DNA from: Lama glama
Lineage: Eukaryota
NCBI GenBank assembly: GCA_028534125.1
Contig: CM052818.1
Location: forward strand, 20,214,001-20,278,000
Reading direction: 5' to 3'
Length of the DNA stretch: 64,000 nucleotides
Under the pieces are notes generated by a model. It was given only the letters and a program-made list of their open reading frames with translations, had not been told where the DNA came from and searched no databases. Positions 25,405 through 39,502 of the stretch are shown piece by piece (position 1 is the stretch's first letter; each line of letters opens with the position of its first letter). A program made the translations under genes and the position numbers.

Positions 25405-25670
25405 CTAAATTCTTTATTATGACCGAGAGTAAGAAATAAGTCTTATATGTGATCCAGTGCACATAACCTCATCCCACCACCCCAAGGAAAGACACATCAA
25501 GCTACAGTTCACTTTTACAATATGTGATGCGCTCTGTGTTTTAGTCTAATACTCTCCTTTGTTCCTTTCTATTCTATTCTTCATTAAAAATGCTTTCTGC
25601 ACCTAACCCACTAAATTAATTTTACAACCCACTGATGGGTAGACCAGAAGTAGGGGAAAGAGGCACCCAG
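25405..25670. mobile_element. hAT-Charlie remnant (Charlie4-like)
   Basis: agtaagaaataag...gatccagtgcaca...ctattctattc...aacccactaaattaattttacaacccactgatgggt. Confidence 0.5.
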
Positions 25671-26599
25671 TAGGGATGTCTGGAACTGAAAGCATGCAGA
25701 AAACACAGTATTGACATCCACGAATAAAAAGCCTTAGGAGGAAACAGCACATCACCTGCCCTGGCTTGCCCAAGGCCTGAACACCCATGCCAGGCTCTGC
25801 ACTGAGCTGGCCCCATGCAGCGGGACGTGCAGTGGCAGGACCCATGCCTGCTCCTGCTGGAAGTGGGCAAACACACAGTGGCAAAGCCGGCTCCGCTCTG
25901 TGTCTAACTGTGGGGCCCTTTCCCGTTTACCATTGGCTTTTCAAAGCAGTGTCACTGTTGACAGCTGGTGGGTTTAACTACTCTAGGGAAGCTTTTTTGA
26001 TGCCCAAAGAAGAAATTTTCCAATCTGGTCATGGCAAAAGCCCTGATCCTCCATTCACCAATCTTCCCACCCCTCCGCCCCCATATGTATGAAGATGTCC
26101 TGGATGGGGATCAAGCTCTCTTGGCCCGGGATTTATTACTGCTCTGCCTGCTGGCTTTGAAACGGGAATTGTAAACATTCTAACAGATGCTTCTCAAGTC
26201 AAGATGAGGTCACCCACCTTCTCTTACCATTCAACAATTTCAGATTTCCTAACACAGGATCTCATCACCCCAAATTCCCAAGCATACACTGGAATAGATC
26301 TTGAGCCATAAAAGGTGAGATGAGAATTTAGAGATGGAACTGAGACAGAAAGATTCTCTGGAAAACACTGTAGATTTACAGAGTTCATTCATTCATTCCG
26401 CACATATACACTGAATCCCTCCTATGTGCTAGGAGTTGCTGCTGAGGATGCCAACTGTGAACAAAACAGATGAAAATCCGTCCCCTAACACATTAACCAG
26501 AGCTTACTTATCGTTGGTGTCGGGTGACGGACCACTGACGAGTCCACTTTTCTCTCTGCGTTAGTACATGCTTGAATTTTTCCATGTTAAAAAGGTAAA

Positions 26600-26890
26600 A
26601 AGATAATTCTCAAATCTCAAACACATGATGCGGAGTAAAAGAAGCCAGACACAAGAAACATACAACATAGCTCCATCTCCATGAAACCCTAAAGAAGAGG
26701 AATCTCTTCTCCAGTGACAGAAAGCAGATTAGCGACTGCCTGGGGCAAAGGCACCTGGGACCTTCCTGGATATTCATGTGCTGGTGGTTACAGGGGTGCA
26801 TCCATTTGTTAAAACACATCCAAATATACACTTTAAACAGGTAAGTTTGAGTGTCTGTAAATTTTATTATAATAAAGTTGGCTTAAAAAC
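26600..26890 (+). mobile_element. L1MD/ME 3' end
   Basis: aatctcaaacacatgatgcggagtaaaagaagccagacacaag...gacagaaagcagattagcgactgcctgggg...aataaagttg. Confidence 0.75.
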
Positions 26891-28919
26891 CACACACATC
26901 CCTGCTCTCCTGGAGCATGTTTATGTGGAGCAGCTGGAGGTGGGAGAAATCTTAGGGACCACATGAGCCCCACACTTTACAGGAAGGATACAGAGACATT
27001 CAGGGCCTTGTTCAGGGTCTTACAGACTCCAACAGCAGGGACCTGGACCCAGCCCAGCGTCATCCTAGTAGCTCACTGCCTGTGATACAGGCTGGGGGCT
27101 AAATTCTTGGAATCCCATGTTCTGGGGTGATGGTTTTCTGACTCATTCGGTGGAATACCCACATCCCAGGTACCTGGGTACCTGTAGCCAGAATCTGCCA
27201 CACCTCCCCAGGAAGACCACCAATCCTGTGCTTTCCAAACACTAGCTGAGGGGCCAGCTGCTTGTGGGGAGGATGGAATGGCTGGAGCCCCAAGTCAATG
27301 TCTGGTTTATTTCCTAAGTCATCGCAGTTGACAAACCCCACTCCAGGCTTATCTTCCCATCTCTTTACTTAAGGCAATCTTCATATTTCGCTCTTCCAGT
27401 CATTCTGGACCCTGCCTCATACCTAGCTGGGCTCACACACCTGAAATACTCCACTGACAGCCAAGCTCTGTGGTCGGAGAAAACCCCCTCGGGGGTGGAC
27501 GAAGTCCCAGAAGGGAGAAGCCCGAATGACATGGAGGGTGGGCAGACTGGGGCCCATGGGCCAGGCCTTCTCACTTTGAAGAGACTGAGGCTGATGTGGA
27601 ACCTTAACAAAACTTCACAAACTGAGCCCTCCCCTCCCCCCGAGGCCACCTTCTTCACGCCACCTCTCCCACTCCACTCTGTCCTCCAACCTCGACAGGC
27701 AAACCTCAAGATTCCCCTCCCAATGTCAAATCCTAGAATTTATCCCATTGCCTGGTATTCCTCAAGTATTTCAAGTTCAGTATCTCCTCCTGCCATCTAA
27801 ACTCCTCACAGTGGTGATGACGTGGACGTGATTGTAGGGGATTCTTTTCTTCTGGGTCATCCTCCCCCTCCAAGGCTTCCCAGAGGGCACAAAGCACGTG
27901 TTCAGTAAATACCCATTAAAAAGAGCGGATCTGAATCCAGCCTTTCCCTTTCCTTCCATGCCTCTTCCCATGTAGTTCTCTCCTCCTCACCCTTCCTGGC
28001 TTTCTCTGTCAGAGTCTAGCAACTCTCTAGAATCTTCCCTGAGGGCACCTGCTCTCCCCGCCTTCAGTCAGGCACAACCTAGTAGGTTCCATGCTCCCGG
28101 GTAGGATATGTGTGTTACCTCCAGTGCTCGTGGGGTGGGAAGTAGATTAAATTTAATATACACTAGTCTGGTGAATCCAGGAAGGCGAATCCCAACCTAA
28201 CAGCTATTAAGTCATAGATAAAAACTTTGGAGGTTATAGAAATGCCCAGCCCAGGCCTCAAATTCCTCCCCTGGGTTGGGGGGCCAGGAGGACCAAGGTG
28301 ATGCACAGATCGGCCCTCCATCCCCAGGCCACAGGGAAGCTCCTGCAGTCAGAATTCCCTCATGGAGAAATCTCCTGCGGAGAGCCAAAGATGCTCCACT
28401 GAGGCTGTTTAGCTCAGAAATAGTTGGGAAGCTGTGATGGCTACCATTTCAGGGTGGGGACACTGAGAGCCATGCAGCTGGGCTCAGCAAAAACACTGCT
28501 GAGAACAAAGGCAGTGATGGTAAAGGTTGTAAGCTCACAGCATAAAAGGAGGGCGATTAATGGGGGGACCTTTGGGGGTATTCCAAGGGGCAAAAGGGCT
28601 GGGAATACTGGCATCTGGGGTGAGTCACTGTCTTGTAGCACCTCCTTTCTAGTCTCTTCCAGCTCAGACCAGCAGCTGTGCCAGAATTAGACTCAGGAGG
28701 CCCTCTGGCAGAGTCTGAATTGTGTTCTTTGCCAGTCTACAGATGCCCTTCTGCCCTGTCATGGATGGCTGCTTCCCTGACTGCAGGGTGTCATCTCTCT
28801 TCTGAACTCCTGGGCCCTCTCCTTTGGAACAAGAGTATTGCCCAGTCCAGCCTCCCTCAGCTTAGACCCCCACTGTCTCCATCACTATTAGCATCAGCAC
28901 CATGCCCAACACTCACTGT

Positions 28920-29375
28920 GTATCCAGGATGGTCCTAATCCTTTTATATCATTAGTTTTTTTCCCTCCTCATAGCAATCCACTGTGGTAGATATTATTGT
29001 CCCCATTCCATGGATCGGCAGATTGAGGCTCAGAGAGATATGACTTTCCCAAAATCCTATTTTCCCAGTTGGAACCTGGCTGTATCTGATTCCACCTCCC
29101 AGCCTCCGAACATCACACCACCTCCTGCAATCCTTAACTCTTAACTCTTGGAGTCTTGGGATAAGTGGAAGAGGGGCTTAGCAGGCTAGGTTGGGGGTGG
29201 TGAACGGAGAGAAAGAAACTAAAATTTATTGAGAATCTAGAGCGCACAAAGCATCTTAGGTTTGTTATTTAATCCTGCAGTAATTCTATGGGCCAATATT
29301 CTCATTCCCATTTTACAGATAATAAGGTTGGGGCTCAAGGAAGCCAGAAGTGAATTCCCAAGTTCACATGACTAT
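28920..29375 (-). mobile_element. Two MIR fragments
   Basis: gtagatattattgtccccatt...tgaggctcagagag and cccattttacagataataaggttggggctc...cccaagttcacat. Confidence 0.6.
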
Positions 29376-32300
29376 CCTGTGATAGCGATTTTATTCCCAC
29401 CCAAGTCTCTGGGGTGAAAGCCAATGCCCTGTCCACTGGGCCAACTACCAAAAACATGTTCCTGGACTTTTCCCATGCCCTCCAGCCCGGGGTCAGTATT
29501 CTGGCTCTTGGAGGAACGCTGCAGGCTCTTGGAGGTTAAGGGCTCTTGCTCTGGCATAGACACAGGCCAGCTCCTCACTGACATCTGCCAGGACTGATTG
29601 GGCCCTGTTCCCGCTCTATCAGGTGGAAGATGAGGACAGTCTCTCAGGGTTCCTGGGGCTCTGTCTTCATGGCCCATGCTGTCAGGGTCCCCAGGCCGGT
29701 GGGCTGGCTTTAGGGGAAGGGGCTGCCTGTTGAGCAGGGCTCTTCCTCCGGCTGCTGAGGTGTTGAGAGTGTGAGGGTCTTAGGCCCACTTCCCAGTTTT
29801 CTCTCAGCACAGCCCAGTCATGCAGGAGCATGCAGGAGAGGCCTCCCTCAGGGTCCCACCATGCAGTGTGGATGGCTGGATGGAACAGATTATGAGGTTG
29901 AAAGGGGCCTCCATGTCACCAGGCCTGAGGGCTCACCTACCTGGAGAGACTCCCCACTCTGGAGGCCTTACCTTAAAGAGGGACATTCACACTGAAGCAA
30001 ACTTGAAAAGAGAGAACACGTACACAAAGAGAAGTTTACTTGGCCAGCATTTCCCTCATTGTCTTTGGCTTTCACTGAGGACAGCTAGGCTTCTGGGGAG
30101 GCAGACCTCTCCCTCCTGCGGGCTTCCCCCCATTCCAGCGCTGAAGCCCTGGGCGCCGTAATCTCAGAGCCTGATGCTTTTGAGGTGGTGGGGGAAGGGA
30201 GGAGTGCACAGGAGGGAAGCTGGGAGTCAGCAAAATACCTCCCAGATCCACAATGTCGGATACTGCCCTTTGACCACACCAAACACATCACGTCTGCCCC
30301 CTCTGGTCCCCAAGGCAGGCCAGCCTACTCGTAACACAAAAGCTAAATGGGCAGCTTTGAATGACAGCAAATGATGCCACCATTTTGGAACCAAATCCCC
30401 AGTGGGATAGACCAGTGAATTCTAAGCTTGGAGACTTTTTCCAGTATCAAAGGTCTTAGCTCCAGCCTTGCGGGCTTTTCTCTTCCCCTGCCCGTCCTCT
30501 GCTAGGGGTGCTTCACCTTGAAGCAAGCCAACCCCAGAAAACTGATTTGAGTGCATGGTGGCACCAAGTCTTTAGTTTGGTGTTGAGGGCACATCGCTTG
30601 TGCAAAATCAGTTGAGCATGTGGGTGGATAGAAGGCAGACAGGAGCACAAAAGGGAAAGTAGAGGAGGGAGAATAGACAAGATAAGAGAGCAGGAGGGAA
30701 GATGAGAAAGAAATCTCCACGCAGAAGCAGAGGCCACTGAAAAATGTCCTGGGGTTGGGTTAATGCGAAGGGGTGAAAACGCAGTCGGACCACTGACAGC
30801 TGGTGAGTCAGAGCAGGGGTTAGACAAGGAGGCTTAGGCGCCAGGGAGCAGAAATCTCAGCTTAGCAAACATCTCAAAAAGGCAAAGGCCCGGAGGGGAC
30901 AGCAGCCAACCTACATGTGTGATAGAACCTGTCCAGAGGCCAAATTCCAGCTACAAATCTGGACAATCTCCTTGGTGGTATCTTTAGAGGGGTGAGGCTT
31001 CCCACGGAGGGGACAGAAACCAGGCCTGGGAGCTGTTCTCCTGCCACAGAGTCAGCCCCTGTTGGGGTGGATCCAGGGACATGAGCTCACTCAGCCTCAC
31101 CTCCAGCACCCACCACCAGACAAAACCAATTTCTCCCTCAATCAGACAGGCAGGATGTACCCCCAGGGTGCTCAGATTCATCAGGGACATCTGAGGGGTG
31201 GAGCAGCAGTTCCTCAGCAGGATTCCAGGGATGGGTGGCATTTTGGTCTACAGGGAATGGGAAGGGGGTAAGTAGAGTCAGCCCAAGACAGAGGAGACCC
31301 AGAGTCCCCTCCTGGGTACCAGGCCCCTGACTGAATGCCCTGGGGATCTTCAGCCTGATGAGATTAAGGGAGTCTGCATTTGCTTTCTCTGCTGCTGAAA
31401 CACATGCCAACTGTCTCCTTGAGGCCATCACCAAGGTGTCAGGCTGGAGATGTTTGCTCACGGACCTGTCCCCTCCCTTCTCACAGTATCTTTGACCCAG
31501 AGTCTGTCCCTAAGATCATAAGAAACTCACACTGTCGCTTGTGGCCCAGCATTCTGGGAAGTTGTTCCCAATGTCAGTCTTCAAACCAGTTTTCCTTCCT
31601 CCCTCTGTCAAAACCTTTCTTTCCCTGCTTTCCTGAGAAGGCATCTGATGTGTCTGCAAGTCACAGGACACCTTAGGCCCAAAGAGAGCCTATCCAGTGT
31701 TGGAACTCCCTGTCCTGTGAATAGAAGATGGCTTCCATGGGGGCCCACCTCAATTTCCTAGTGTCTCTTCAGTGACCTCTGGTGTGGGGCCATCTATTCT
31801 GTCTGTGGGGTAGGCTGGCCCTGGAGCCCAGAGCCATCCTCATTGCTGGCATCTGAGCCAGCCAGGCAGGACCCTACACCTCTGGGGTGAATCCTGAGTT
31901 GGTTAGAGCAGGTGATGGCTTATAAACACCTGTGTGAGTTTTCACACTGGTCCTGAAGGGCTTTCAGAGATGAGAAATACAGTCTATGGCCATCACTGCA
32001 GTGGGCTTTAATTCAACTTAAGATCTGTTACACACAAGCCCACAGATGACTCAGGTGGTGCCATTAACATTTTTCAGAAAAGAGTCTTCAGTTAAGGGAT
32101 AGCTTCGGGACACCTTTCAAACCTGCTAACTAGTTGAAGACCATTCTTTTCTTCTCCAAGTTGGTTATATCTCCGGAGAGAAATCTCTAGTTCTAAGGAT
32201 ATAATGTGATCAGAGGTCTCAATAACCTGACTATATCTTTACCGCCATATAGCTGAGAACTCAGTAGAATCAGTATCACTCAGCTCCAAATGTGACCAGA

Positions 32301-34812
32301 AACACCTCTTGCACAATGTAAGTTTCCCTTTTCTATTCTTCCTTTAGATGTTGTAATTCTCTTTTCCAAACTGATTTCAAACCAACCAAATAAGCACCCT
32401 TTCCTCTGACCCCCAACAGTGTCAAGGATGACTCTGGAGGTCTGTAGGGGTGAGCGGGAACAGGCACAGAGGGTGATTTCCAAGGCAACGATGAACTCAC
32501 TCTTTAGGAATGCTAAGACAGTTTGGAACTTGGTGGGAGCTCCTGGATGGCCCCTAGAAACCTACTTGAGGCCCTAAGCAGAGGACGCAAGCATAGTCCT
32601 GCCCTTGGGTTGGGGGTCCTTGAGAGACCCAAGAAAGAGAAACACATGCTCCTGGTGTTTTGGGTGGAGAGGGAGTCCCACCTAACCTCCTGACCCAGGA
32701 TATACTGCTACTGCTGGTTTCTGGGGATCCCTTATCCCCCTGCCGACAGGAGCACCTATACTCCTGGCCAAGGGACAGCTCTGCAGTGATCCCTGCCTGC
32801 CTGGGCCAGGTGAGGCCTGCCCACAGTGAACTGGGTCACATGCTCGGCCTCTGAGTCCCACTTCACTTTTCCCCCAACCTGTGTCTGGTTCCTTACTTGT
32901 CCCGCAGGCCCACAGAAACCTCACATCTGTCCTTTCCAACCCTCCCTCACTCTGGGGAAGCCAGGTACTGTTCAAAGGGTCACCTCTCTCAGGTCTGCAC
33001 CTTCACTGGGCTCTGAATTCAGACTCGAGGGTGGGGGCCCTAGCGAGGAAGCCCTAGCAGTGTTCAGGCTTTGGGAAGAGCTTTTGGAGACCAGAGCTTC
33101 TCGGGACTTCTGCCACCTCAGAGCTATCACCTCCTCTGGATCTGAGCGATGTCCTGCCACTGATCTACTCCAGTGAGAGACTCTTCCCTATGAACCCATC
33201 CTTTAAAACTTCCTCATGCCTTTTATTGTAAAGATCTTCTCGAATTCCTTGTTCCCACGTGGCCTCTCAGTAAAGACTTCCTGCCTGCCTCTGTCCCACC
33301 CAAGCCCTCTCTCCCCTTTACACCTCTTGTTGACGGTCCCCAGGGTTTACCTGTCACCTGCAACCTGCACCCCAGGAGGGGCTGCTCCTCTAGCCCTGCC
33401 CAAGCCCTCTGCAAGGCCAGCATCAAGTCCTTTTGTTGACCTGGAGTCTGGACTGGAGTTGACAGCATTTTGCAGACCTGCACTGGCTGATAGGTCTCTG
33501 CTTTCATCTTGGGTTCCTTTTTGTTGGGTCTGGATTCCTTACATGGCTCTACTTCCCAATTTTCTTTGGGCTGATTAACTTAGATTAAACCCACAACAAC
33601 ATTTCCCCCGGAGATGTGAGTCTTTAGTTTCTTCTTCTCTGTCTGGCCTCTGGTTTCCTGCCTCCCCTGGCTTTGTTGGGGGAATCTCAGCAGTTCATCT
33701 TGTCCTTAAAGACCACCAGCAGAGACCCTGAGGCTGGGGAGGGCAGCCTTCAGGCAAGCTGGTAAGTGCGGTGAGCCCTGCCCCAAACCCCCAGCATGGA
33801 GGCGGCACAGGAGGCCCCAGAGCCTGGGGAGAGGGGCAGGAGTGGGGGTAATGTTGAAAGGAAGGGAAGGTGAACCCAAGTCTAGCCTGTTCTGAGCTGT
33901 GTGCCAGCCAGCAAAAATCATAAATACCCAAGGAGGAAGCGAACGAGAAATGGTGACAGGACTGAGTGTCCAGGGAACTCCACCTACAATGGTCTTGTCT
34001 GGCCAAGGCCCGGACCACACCCTTCAGCTGAGAGTTACCCCCAACACAGAACATTTCGTAGAATCACGGCACTCTTAATCATCACTCCTCAGAAAACCTT
34101 CCAGAACATAATGGAATGCCTCTCTCATGATTCCCCAAGCACAGGAGGGTCTTTCCTGTACTTGGAAGTGAGGGAGAAGGGGGTCTTCCGACAGAATGTG
34201 TGGTGACTGCAGGCGGACAGATGATCCCAGGTCTTCCCTGCCCGAGACCCCAGCCCCACCACTCTACACACACACCTTACAGCAGCAGATCACTGCCATG
34301 ACACGGTCTTTACTCTCAGAGTCAAGTCCGGGATTGGATCGCCAGTCCTATTCCTCTTTCCAACCGCTTTATTGCACCCTCCCCCAAATGGCATCATCAC
34401 AACAGTCCCAAGAACCTGGAAGGAAATGTGTGCTGAGGCCAGAGAGAGGTCAGAAGGGAGAGCGGGCCAGGGAAGGCAGAGACATGGCCTAAAGAAACGG
34501 CCTCTTAAAGAGCTGGCCCCACGCACCGCCCCACGGACAGTCCTCCCCAGATGCCAGTCTCTGAGTCTCAGCTTCCTGCTCTGTGCTCACTCCACATAAT
34601 TACTGCGATGGTTATCTAGTTAATATTTTTCTTTAAACTGACTTGTTAAAAAAATTACCTATAAAGAAACGATATCTCTACCACACATGGAAAGCCAGTA
34701 TCATTTATAATTTTTGATCAAATAACTCTGTATTAAAATCAAAATGTTCTTCTGTGTCCCAAATAAGGTATCATCTTGGTGACAGCTCCCGGTTATGCAC
34801 TGTCAACAGTCA

Positions 34813-35202
<390 letters not shown>

Positions 35203-35266
35203 TCAGTATCCCCTCCCAAGCCTGTTTTCTGCACTTTCCGGGGCTTTGCCCCTCAGGGTGCTCTTT

Positions 35267-35435
35267 GTTTTTTTTTAATTGAAGTATACTTGATTTACAA
35301 TGTTGTGTTAGGTTCTGGTGTACAGCATTGTGATTCAATTATAGACACATATATTCTTTTTCATATTCTTTTTCATTATAGGTTATTATAAGATACTGAG
35401 TATAGTTCCCTGTGCTAAACAGTAGGACCTTGTTT
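35267..35435 (-). mobile_element. Cetartiodactyl-type L1 3' end, 5'-truncated
   Basis: poly(T)-aattgaagtatacttgatttacaatgttgtgttaggttctggtgtacagc...gatactgagtatagttccctgtgctaaacagtaggacc. Confidence 0.85.
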
Positions 35436-35479
35436 ATAATTCTTATAGAATTATAAGAATTTGCACCAGCCACCATTTG

Positions 35480-35670
35480 ACACCAGTATATATATGCATT
35501 GACTCATTTCATCCAAATGCAAAGCTCTAAGATACTATTCTTATCCCTATTTTATAAGTGAGGTAGTTGAGGCACAGAGAGGTTAATTAACTTTATAACT
35601 TCTCTTTGGCCAAGGACAAACAGCCAGCAAGGTATCAAACCAGGAATAGGAACTCAGACTCTTTCCAACT
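35480..35670 (-). mobile_element. MIR
   Basis: ccctattttataagtgaggtagttgaggcacagagaggttaattaact...ggaactcagact. Confidence 0.7.
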
Positions 35671-37303
35671 CCCTGATTCTCCTCAGATTCTCAAGGCTTC
35701 TTATCAGGGCAACTAAAGTCTGATAAACTCACACTGAGAGCTCAACAGTCCTTCTGGAGGTAAGGAAAGAAAACAGTTAAGGTAAATTATCAAAGGCACC
35801 TCCTCCCCTTTTCTCTTCTTCCTCCTACTTTAAAAAAAAATTGAATTTGTAATCTCTCACACAAAATACCCACATAGATTAACAGATAAAAAACAAGAAA
35901 AAGAAAGGCTTATTATTTCTCAATGCTTGCTTGTCTATAAAAACCACATGGATGTGTTTTATACTTTTTGGTTGGTGTCTTGTGATCCTCACACATCCAG
36001 GTGAAATTATTCTTCCTATTCAATGAGTTAGCCCTGATGGAAAATATTAATTTACCTGAGCAGGTGTATATTGGAAAAAAACCCCAGTGCTGGTAGGTGG
36101 AAGTGTTTCTGATAGCTGCCCAAATAGAGGCAGGGCTGTACCTGTGCCTGTGTGTCAGAGACTGAGTGTTATATTTCATGGGGTGAAGGCTGAGTCTGGA
36201 TTTAAGCAAAGGAATGTAAGAGGACAAACTATAATCCAAATGAATAAATCTATAATGATAGCATTTCAGGCTTCATCAGCAAGGGAGATTTTCTTGGGCA
36301 GGAAGAGCCTCTCACTGACTCCTGCCTGGTACCCAGAAACCAAAGCATCTGAGCCCAGACTAAATGCTACTGGAGAAGGGAGAGCCACAGATAAGACAGT
36401 GAAGGCGTGCTTGGTGAACGTGAGTTGGGAATGGTGCCAATGCACATCATCCTTCTAACCGAATGGTTGGCAGAGGTCACCCCTGCTTAAACAACCCGAT
36501 TACTATCACCCACAGGATAAAGTCTACACCCCTAAGTTTCGCACACAGAAACTACTCAGTCTGAATCCGGTCTCTCTTGCTGACCTTTTGCATCCTTTAT
36601 TCCCCAGGTCGAAGGCCTCTCTCCAATCCCTAAGTATCCTCTAGGAACCAGTCAAAATGCTGCCTCCTCTGTGAAGCCTGTCCAGATTCACCCCTCTGTG
36701 GATATCTGAGACCCCATGCTTCTTGTTTATTTGAATTATAATTTGCTTAGACATTTCCTTTCCTTGGTAAGCTTTATGATCTAGGAATCAGTCCCATATT
36801 CCCAGCACCTGGCTCAGTGCCTGGCTCCCCTTGTGCGCTCAGTACACTGAGACGACTGAATAGGGGGTTGAAGGCTGGGCCTCAGGGCACAGTGCTGAGG
36901 AGGGGAGGCAGCAGGACCACCACTTACTGTTGCACAGGTTGTGCACTGCGTAATTCTATGATGCATATAGCCTTCTTGAGAGTTCTGCACATAGGCAGCA
37001 GCCTTCAGAGACATGGTTCAGTGACCAGAGTCATGGAAAATCCAGTCTGGCCCTAGAATCAAGTGACAATGTGAGGAAGTGAAGTGTTCCAAGGCCACAG
37101 GAATAGAAGACTTCTCCTTACTTCCTCAGCTTTTTCTGTCCTCCCACTTCTGGAAGGGGAAGTATCAGGGTGATGGATAAACATACAGGTTCTAACGTCT
37201 CAGGAAGCCGACCCCAGGCCAGAGGCTCTTTCCTTTTCCCGGAGACTTTACCCTCACCAACCAGCTGACACAGGCATGATCTCCTGCTTCTGAATCTCTG
37301 TAG

Positions 37304-37620
37304 GTCAAAGTTTCTCAGCCTCTGTGCTAAAGATATTGTGGACTGGATACTTTGTTTGGGGGTCTCCTGTGCAGTGCAGGACGTTCAGTGGCAGCTTTGG
37401 GCTTTACCCACTAGATGCTAGCTAGCACCATCCCCCCCAAGTTGTGACAACTAAAAACATCTCCAGATGTTGCCAAATGTCTCCAGAGCAGGGTGTGTGT
37501 GTGTGTGTGTCTGTGTCTGTGTGTCTGTATGTCTGCGTGTATGTGTGTCTGTGTGTGTGTGTGTCTGTGTGTGTGTGTGTGTGTGTATGTTGGGATGGCA
37601 AATCACTCCCACGTGGGGTG
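37304..37620 (-). mobile_element. MER20 (hAT-Charlie) containing a TG microsatellite
   Basis: tttctcagcctc...tacccactagatgctag...agttgtgacaactaaaaacatctccagatgttgccaaatgtc...[TG]n...ggcaaatcactccc. Confidence 0.8.
37493..37590. repeat. Imperfect (TG)n microsatellite
   Basis: About 100 bp of gtgtgt with interspersed tctg/tatg. Confidence 0.95.
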
Positions 37621-38104
37621 CAGGGGACTCAAGCTGGTGTTCAGTGCTCAGGGTGAGTGACCAGCTCTGCTGGGGGAGTTCTGGCTGCCTCCGAGGCTAC
37701 AGGTTTTTCTTAACCAGCACCTGGCACAGTGCCTGGCACATACGAAATGCTCAATAAGTATGTGTTGAATAAATAAACGCATGAGTGAGCACACTCTATT
37801 GCTTCCTTCACTGCTCTAATCCCAACCGTGACCATGCACGGATGTGTTTTGTATTTACTGCCCCATCTTCTCCCACCGGATCGCAAGCTCCACAAGACAG
37901 GGCTGATGGCTGTTATGTTCACCAATGCTTACTTAGCATCTGGCATGAGGCCCGACACACAGGAAACACTCAACACATAGTAGTTCATTCAATCAATGAA
38001 TGGGTGGGAGAGAAGGGAGAGAAAGAAGCAGATGAGGAAGAGAGGGAAGGGAAAGCAGGGAGGAGGAGGGACAAAATGAACTACAGAAAGAGCAGCCTGT
38101 TCTG

Positions 38105-38365
38105 AGGTGGCACTTCCCAAAATATCGTACGTATCCCCCGAGACACCTGCAAAATGATTTTAGGTCTTTTTACCATTTTGATATGATGATGTATGCTAAT
38201 TAATTATGGCAAGTGATACTATTTTCCAATAATTTCATTTCCCATTAATGAGAATACTACAACATTTCTTTGTAAAATACACATAATTAGGTAACTATTG
38301 GAAATTGATGAAAAAACAAGAAAAATAAAGTGGATATTTGGATACGGCAGATTCTGTGACTGTGG
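38105..38365. mobile_element. hAT-Charlie remnant (MER113-like)
   Basis: aaatgattttagg...ttatggcaagtgatactattttcc...ggatacggca; a related, oppositely oriented fragment appears at ~34590-34790 (ggaaagccagtatcatt). Confidence 0.45.
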
Positions 38366-39076
38366 CATCTCTTTCTCTTCCTCTCTCCCCCTCTGAACGT
38401 TGGGGCATTCTGATGGGCAAAAAGGAGCCTGGACTGGAAGTCAACGTTCCTGGGCTGTCACCCTGGTCCTGTCTCAAACCAGTAGGGCAATCTTTCCCAG
38501 GTAAACTGGTCTGCTTACCTTTCCTACACCTCAGCTTCCCCGGCCTCCTAAGGAGGGCAGGTAAACACTTACTTGTCTTAGTACAAGTGTCTCACATTGC
38601 AGCAACGGCTGCATTGAGCAAGTACTAAGCATCATCACCTGTGAGGGACTATTTGCAGGGATGGGGACAGTCCCTATTATGTGTCTGAATTCAGCATGGC
38701 TGCAGAGAGCTTGAGTGGACACTCTGATCAGCGATGCTGCCGTGGACACAGGGGCACAATGCCTCTCCTTCTCTCTCCTCCTCTCACCTCCCACCCCAGC
38801 TGTCACGGGCTCCAGAGCAAAACAGGCCATGAGTGGCAGGTAAAGAATGAGGGTCCAGCCCCCAGAGTATCAGCAGCAGTGGGGATCCCAGCATAGCAGG
38901 GGTTGGTTCTGTCCCCCCTGAAGTACTGGAGGACACACACATGCATAGAACTTTCCCCAGGAAACACAGACATGGTGTCCCTTTCTCACAAGAAGAGCAA
39001 TTTGTCCCAGGCCCCATTTCTCCCTGTATTAGGCCTGGGCTCTCAGGGGATGGCCACCCCCTACCCCTAGCATTCA

Positions 39077-39502
<426 letters not shown>

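Noticed and set aside
37444..37757. Cys/Val-rich ORFs
   Set aside because: Translation of the TG microsatellite.
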